DNA of 31,080 nucleotides from a virus: UHGV virus genome UHGV-0128382; one strand, 5' to 3'. Shown piece by piece: positions 26,915 to 31,080 of this stretch (position 1 is its first letter; each line of letters starts with the position of its first letter). The notes under the pieces were generated by a model. It saw only the letters and a program-made list of their open reading frames with translations, ran no database searches and was not told where the DNA came from. The position numbers and the translations under genes were made by a program.

Positions 26915-27506
26915 CCGTGAAACGCGCTGTTACAGCGGGGAGGTGCGGGCGGAACAATATGATAATGCCCCGACCCACATTCTGGGGTATGGCTCGGTAT
27001 TTAACAGTCGTTCAGAACCTCTGTGGGGATTTCGTGAAATCATCAAGCCGGGGGCTTTTGATGATGTACTGAATGATGATGTACGTGGCTTGTTTAATCA
27101 TGATCCTAATTTCATTCTCGGACGAAGTTCTGCCGGCACGTTGTCATTGTCGGTGGATGAACGCGGTTTACGTTATGACATTGTTGCACCGGATACTCCG
27201 ACTATTTGTGACCTGGTGCTGTCTCCAATGTTGCGTGGTGACATTAATCAGTCCTCGTTCGCGTTTCGTGTCGCCCGTGACGGAGAGAGCTGGTATGAAG
27301 ACGACGAGGGGATTGTTATCCGGGAAATCACGCGCATTTCTCGTCTGTATGACGTCAGCCCGGTGACATATCCGGCCTATCAGGACGCAGACTCTGGTGT
27401 CCGCTCAATGAAAGCCTGGCAGGAAGCGCGGGCGAGTGGTGCGCTGAAGAAAGCTGTTAACGAACGAATGGCGCGTGAGCGTCTTTTGACCCTTCTTAAT
27501 GCATAA
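26907..27506 (+). CDS. Prohead maturation protease (HK97-type)
   Basis: 199-aa ORF overlapping the portal stop, immediately before the major capsid gene. Confidence 0.8.
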   Translation: MNDRETRCYSGEVRAEQYDNAPTHILGYGSVFNSRSEPLWGFREIIKPGAFDDVLNDDVRGLFNHDPNFILGRSSAGTLSLSVDERGLRYDIVAPDTPTICDLVLSPMLRGDINQSSFAFRVARDGESWYEDDEGIVIREITRISRLYDVSPVTYPAYQDADSGVRSMKAWQEARASGALKKAVNERMARERLLTLLNA

Positions 27507-27520
27507 GGATACTACTGACG

Positions 27521-28738
27521 ATGAAACTTCATGAGATGAAGCAAAAACGAAACACCATTGCAAAGGATATGCGTGCACTGCATGAAAAAATTGGTGATAA
27601 CGCATGGACTGATGAGCAACGGGCAGAGTGGAACAGGGCGAAAGCTGAGCTGGATGCGCTGGATGAGCAAATCGCCCGTGAAGAAGAGTTGCGCCGTCAG
27701 GATCAGGCATATGTGGATGAGTCCGGGCCGGAAGAGCGCCAGAATAATGAGGCGGAGAACGGGAAAAAGGCGGTGGAAGAGAAGCGCGCTGCGGCATTTA
27801 ACCGTTTTCTGCGTGCCGGATTTGCAGAACTGAATGCTGAAGAGCGTAATCTGATGCGTGAACTGCGGGCTCAGAGTGTAACAACGGATTCTCAGGGCGG
27901 ATATACGGTGCCCACGCAGATGCGTAACAAAATCATTGACACCATGAAGGCTTATGGCGGGATTGCCAGTGTGGCGCAACTTCTGACCACATCAACCGGG
28001 CAGGATATCACCTGGTCAACGTCTGATGGCACGACTGAAGAGGGCGAACTGCTGGCGGAGAATACAGCCGCAACGGAACAGGATGTGACGTTCGGGACCG
28101 CTATTCTGGGGGCTAAAAAGCTGTCATCAAAAATAATTCGTGTGTCCAATGAGCTGCTCCAGGACAGTGGGGTGGATATTGAATCTTATCTGGCAAACCG
28201 TATTGCCCAGCGTATTGGTCGTGGAGAGGCAAAATATCTGGTTCAGGGGACCGGAACGGGATCACCGTTACAGCCAAAAGGGCTGGCAGCGTCGGTGACG
28301 GGAACCATCCAGACTGCAGCCTCTGCCGCTTTCACCTGGAAAGAAATGAATGCCCTGAAACATGCTATTGATCCGGCATATCGTGGTGGGCCGAAATACC
28401 GCTGGGCATTCAATGATGCCACATTGCAGACTATTGAAGAGATGGAGGATGGACAGAAACGCCCGTTATGGCTGCCGGATATTGCAGGCGGTACGCCGGC
28501 TACTGTGCTGGGGATCCCTTATGTTATTGATCAGGCTATTGACGGGATTGGTACCGGAAAAAAATTCATTTTCCTGGGGGATTTCAACCGCTTTATTATT
28601 CGCCGCGTTACTTATATGGAACTGAAACGTCTGGTTGAGCGTTATGCTGAGTTTGATCAGGTGGCATTTCTGGCTTTCCATCGTTTTGACTGTGTGCTGG
28701 AAGATGTGGCAGCCATCAAGGCGCTCACTGGCAAATAA
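27521..28738 (+). CDS. Major capsid protein (HK97 fold) with N-terminal coiled-coil delta domain
   Basis: 405-aa ORF; N-terminal roughly 100 aa charged and helical (scaffold-like), as in HK97 gp5. Confidence 0.85.
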   Translation: MKLHEMKQKRNTIAKDMRALHEKIGDNAWTDEQRAEWNRAKAELDALDEQIAREEELRRQDQAYVDESGPEERQNNEAENGKKAVEEKRAAAFNRFLRAGFAELNAEERNLMRELRAQSVTTDSQGGYTVPTQMRNKIIDTMKAYGGIASVAQLLTTSTGQDITWSTSDGTTEEGELLAENTAATEQDVTFGTAILGAKKLSSKIIRVSNELLQDSGVDIESYLANRIAQRIGRGEAKYLVQGTGTGSPLQPKGLAASVTGTIQTAASAAFTWKEMNALKHAIDPAYRGGPKYRWAFNDATLQTIEEMEDGQKRPLWLPDIAGGTPATVLGIPYVIDQAIDGIGTGKKFIFLGDFNRFIIRRVTYMELKRLVERYAEFDQVAFLAFHRFDCVLEDVAAIKALTGK

Positions 28739-28759
28739 CCACTCGTTGTTCAGTTACAG

Positions 28760-28781
28760 ACCGCGCCGACGCGGTTTTTTT
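28760..28781 (+). terminator. Terminator or attenuator hairpin after the major capsid gene
   Basis: 'accgcg' - 'ccga' - 'cgcggt' followed by TTTTTTT; a second hairpin 'gcccgca' - 'cagtgt' - 'tgcgggc' follows at 28784-28803. Confidence 0.6.
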
Positions 28782-28814
28782 ATGCCCGCACAGTGTTGCG
28801 GGCAGGAGTTTCTG

Positions 28815-29132
28815 ATGGCAGCAATAGTGGAAAAACTCAGGGCGCAGTGCCGTATTGATACAGATGATGCAACTGATGATGAGTTACTGATGCTGTATTT
28901 CCGGGCTGCCTGCCGCAAGGCAGAAAATTTTATCAACCGTAAGCTTTATGAGGAGACGGTGCCGGAAGGTGATCCTGAAGGGGTGCTTATAGCTGATGAT
29001 GTTTTGCTGGCGCTCATGTTGCTGGTCGGGCACTGGCACGAAAACCGGGAAAATTCCTCAGATGTCAGCAAGGCACCAGTCCCGTTTGGTTTTTCTTCTC
29101 TGCTGGAGCCTTATCGTTTTATTCCTTTGTAG
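28815..29132 (+). CDS. Head-tail connector protein (gp6-like)
   Basis: 105 aa from the ATG at 28815 (GGCAGGAG RBS); the upstream part of the six-frame ORF overlaps the terminator hairpins and is unlikely to be coding. Confidence 0.65.
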   Translation: MAAIVEKLRAQCRIDTDDATDDELLMLYFRAACRKAENFINRKLYEETVPEGDPEGVLIADDVLLALMLLVGHWHENRENSSDVSKAPVPFGFSSLLEPYRFIPL

Positions 29133-29140
29133 GAGGAGAG

Positions 29141-29479
29141 ATGCAGGCGGGCAGATTACGTGATCGCGTAATTATTCTGAATGTCACCACCGCCCGCTCT
29201 CCGTCAGGGCATCCGGTGGAGACGGTGACGGAGGGAGCTACCGTATGGGCAGAAGTTAAGGGTATCAGCGGGAGGGAGATAATCTCAGGCGGAGCAGAAA
29301 CCGCTCAGGCTACGGTCAGAGTCTGGATGAGATTCCGGCGCGATGTGACAGCGACTTCACGTCTGAAAGTGCTGACCGGTGCATTTAAAGGGGCCATTCT
29401 GGGTATAGAAGGTCCACCAATACCGGATGCACGCGCTACCCGGCTTGAAATACTCTGCAGCCTGAAGGGGAATGTGTGA
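29141..29479 (+). CDS. Head closure / head-tail adaptor protein
   Basis: 112-aa ORF in a tightly packed head-tail joining gene series. Confidence 0.6.
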   Translation: MQAGRLRDRVIILNVTTARSPSGHPVETVTEGATVWAEVKGISGREIISGGAETAQATVRVWMRFRRDVTATSRLKVLTGAFKGAILGIEGPPIPDARATRLEILCSLKGNV

Positions 29480-29925
29480 TGGATTTCAGTCTTGATTTTT
29501 CCGGCCTGGCGGATATTGCACGGGATTTGGAGACGCTCAGCAGGGCAGAAAACAATAAGGTTCTGCGCGATGCCACCCGTGCCGGTGCTGAAGTTATGCG
29601 GGATGCAGTTGTTGAACGTGCGCCGGAGCGAACCGGGAAACTGAAGAAAAATGTGGTTGTTCTCACTCAGCGTTCAAAGCGTCGGGGGGAAATTATCTCG
29701 GGTGTCCACATTCGCGGACGGAACCTGCGAACCGGAAACAGTGATAACAGCATGAAAGCCAGCGATCCCCGAAATGCATTTTACTGGCGCTTTGTGGAGC
29801 TGGGAACGATAAACATGCCCGCGCATCCATTCATTCGCCCGGCTTTCGATACGACAGAGGAGCTGGCGGCGCAGGTTGCCATACAGCGAATGAATCAGGC
29901 TATTGATGAGGTCTTAAGTAAATGA
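29476..29925 (+). CDS. HK97 gp10-like tail component
   Basis: 149-aa ORF; start overlaps the preceding stop; position in the module. Confidence 0.6.
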   Translation: MMDFSLDFSGLADIARDLETLSRAENNKVLRDATRAGAEVMRDAVVERAPERTGKLKKNVVVLTQRSKRRGEIISGVHIRGRNLRTGNSDNSMKASDPRNAFYWRFVELGTINMPAHPFIRPAFDTTEELAAQVAIQRMNQAIDEVLSK

Positions 29926-30266
29926 GGGAGGCCACACTGTATTCCCTGTTGTCTCAGCTGGCCGGAGGACAGGTTTATCCTTATGTGGTCCCGCTGACGG
30001 AGGGAAAGCCTGCGGTATCTCCGCCGTGGCTGGTGTTTTCTGTGGTGTCTGACACGGCATCTGATGTGCTTGATGGGCAGGCTGAATCCAGAATTACCGT
30101 GCAGATCGATGTCTGGGCGACAGTACCTGATGACGCAGATAATATTCGTGAGCAGGCGCTTGATGCGGTAAGGAAACTGGCACCCTCCGTTATTTCTAAA
30201 ACGCAGGGTTATGATCCTGATTCCCGGCTGAGCAGAGCCACGCTTGAATTTCAGGTAATAGCCTGA
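29922..30266 (+). CDS. Tail completion protein (DUF3168-like)
   Basis: 114-aa ORF; start overlaps the preceding stop; immediately precedes the major tail gene. Confidence 0.55.
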   Translation: MREATLYSLLSQLAGGQVYPYVVPLTEGKPAVSPPWLVFSVVSDTASDVLDGQAESRITVQIDVWATVPDDADNIREQALDAVRKLAPSVISKTQGYDPDSRLSRATLEFQVIA

Positions 30267-30286
30267 GGTCGTTAATGATTTTACCC

Positions 30287-30310
30287 ACCCGCCGCTGGCG
30301 GGTTTTTTAT
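30287..30310 (+). terminator. Hairpin plus T-run upstream of the major tail gene
   Basis: 'acccgcc' - 'gctg' - 'ggcgggt' followed by 'tttttatttt'. Confidence 0.55.
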
Positions 30311-30325
30311 TTTCAGGAGACGAGT

Positions 30326-31030
30326 ATGTCCTCTAATTTTGAGCGTTCGCAACTGACGAAAATTATGATTTCGTCTGCACCGGTAACAGCAGAAACCCTG
30401 GATTCTGCCAGCTATCTTGGCCTGAGCTGTACAATCAAAGAAGTGCAGTTTACCGCTGGACAAAAGCAGGATATTGATGTCACCACGCTGTGTTCTGTTG
30501 AGCAGGAAAATATTAACGGTCTTGGTGCCGCGTCAGAGATTTCCATGTCAGGCAACTTTTACCTCAATGCTGCCCAGAATGCGTTGCGCAGTGCCTATGA
30601 CAATGACACCACGTATGGCTTTAAAGTTATTTTTCCGTCAGGCAACGGATTTACCTTTATGGCAGAAGTGCGTCAGCATACCTGGTCTGCAGGAACCAAT
30701 GGTGTTGTGGCTGCAACGTTTTCCCTGCGTCTGAAAGGCAAACCTGTGCTGACGACAGCTTCGCTGAAAGTGAAGGTTGATTTAAAAAGCACGCTGCGGG
30801 TTGCTTCCGGAGCGAAACTTGAAATGGCGGTTGAGGCTGCGGGTGGTGTGCCGCCTTATTCTTATGTCTGGAAGAAAGGTGGTTCTCCTGTTTCCGGACA
30901 GACGGCGGCAACGTTCAGTAAGGCATCAGCATCATCCGGTGATGCGGGTGCGTATACCTGCGAGATTTCTGATTCAGCGAGCCCGGTTAACAAAGTGACC
31001 TCCACTTCCTGCACTGTAACCGTCAGTTAA
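30326..31030 (+). CDS. Major tail protein with C-terminal Ig-like domain
   Basis: 234 aa from the ATG at 30326 (AGGAGA RBS); the 5' part of the six-frame ORF covers the terminator hairpin; C-terminal roughly 90 aa is Ig-like (GVPPYSYVWKKGGSPVSGQTAATFSKASASSGDAGAYTCEISDSASPVNKVTSTSCTVTVS). Confidence 0.8.
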   Translation: MSSNFERSQLTKIMISSAPVTAETLDSASYLGLSCTIKEVQFTAGQKQDIDVTTLCSVEQENINGLGAASEISMSGNFYLNAAQNALRSAYDNDTTYGFKVIFPSGNGFTFMAEVRQHTWSAGTNGVVAATFSLRLKGKPVLTTASLKVKVDLKSTLRVASGAKLEMAVEAAGGVPPYSYVWKKGGSPVSGQTAATFSKASASSGDAGAYTCEISDSASPVNKVTSTSCTVTVS

Positions 31031-31044
31031 TGAGGATGGATGTG

Positions 31045-31080
31045 ATGACTAAAAATATCCGTAATCTGGCACTGGCAACG
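31045..31080 (+). CDS. 5' end of the next tail gene (probably tail assembly chaperone); truncated by window end
   Basis: ATG at 31045 with GAGGA RBS at 31032-31036; open to the window end (MTKNIRNLALAT...). Confidence 0.3.
   Translation, partial: MTKNIRNLALAT

Larger units (their letters stand above)
1..31080. mobile_element. Mosaic lambdoid prophage, from attL-proximal P' arm through early, immunity, replication, nin/Q, lysis, head and proximal tail genes; right end lies beyond the window
   Basis: Canonical lambdoid gene order and orientation throughout; many translated ORFs match lambda, DLP12, Qin or HK97-type proteins as I remember them. Confidence 0.9.

Noticed and set aside
27405-27979. 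Minus-strand ORFs (130 and 155 aa) inside the protease/major capsid region
   Set aside because: Antisense to strongly supported head genes; no independent evidence.

Overview
The window is almost entirely one mosaic lambdoid prophage, read from its attL-proximal end (P' arm of attP at nt 1-49) through the proximal tail genes. Identifications rest on reading the supplied translations and the DNA by eye against remembered phage proteins and motifs; no database search or alignment was run. Layout: lambda-type int-xis and Red/early-left genes (exo, bet, gam, kil, cIII, ea10, ral, orf28, sieB) on the minus strand; a P22/21-type N with matching nutL/nutR boxB hairpins; a non-lambda cI/cro immunity region; lambda-type cII, O (with ori iterons) and P; a DLP12-like nin/Q block (ybcN, ninE, ybcO, rusA, ylcG, Q); a pinholin/SAR-endolysin/Rz/Rz1 lysis cassette; and an HK97-like packaging and head module (HNH, terS, terL, portal, protease, major capsid, connector, tail proteins). 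Cargo sits at the classic hotspots. The most interesting candidate is a 299-aa single-pass membrane protein of unrecognised family occupying the rexA/rexB position directly downstream of cI, with its own terminator, which I propose as a candidate superinfection-exclusion or abortive-infection gene. Other cargo: an AT-rich plus-strand membrane-protein gene replacing ea8.5/ea22; a 1183-aa invasin/intimin-family adhesin between P and the nin genes; and a Q-to-holin island carrying a Blc-like lipocalin lipoprotein, a DUF523/DUF1722-like protein and an apparently frameshifted AraC-family regulator. No tRNA, rRNA or CRISPR array was seen.
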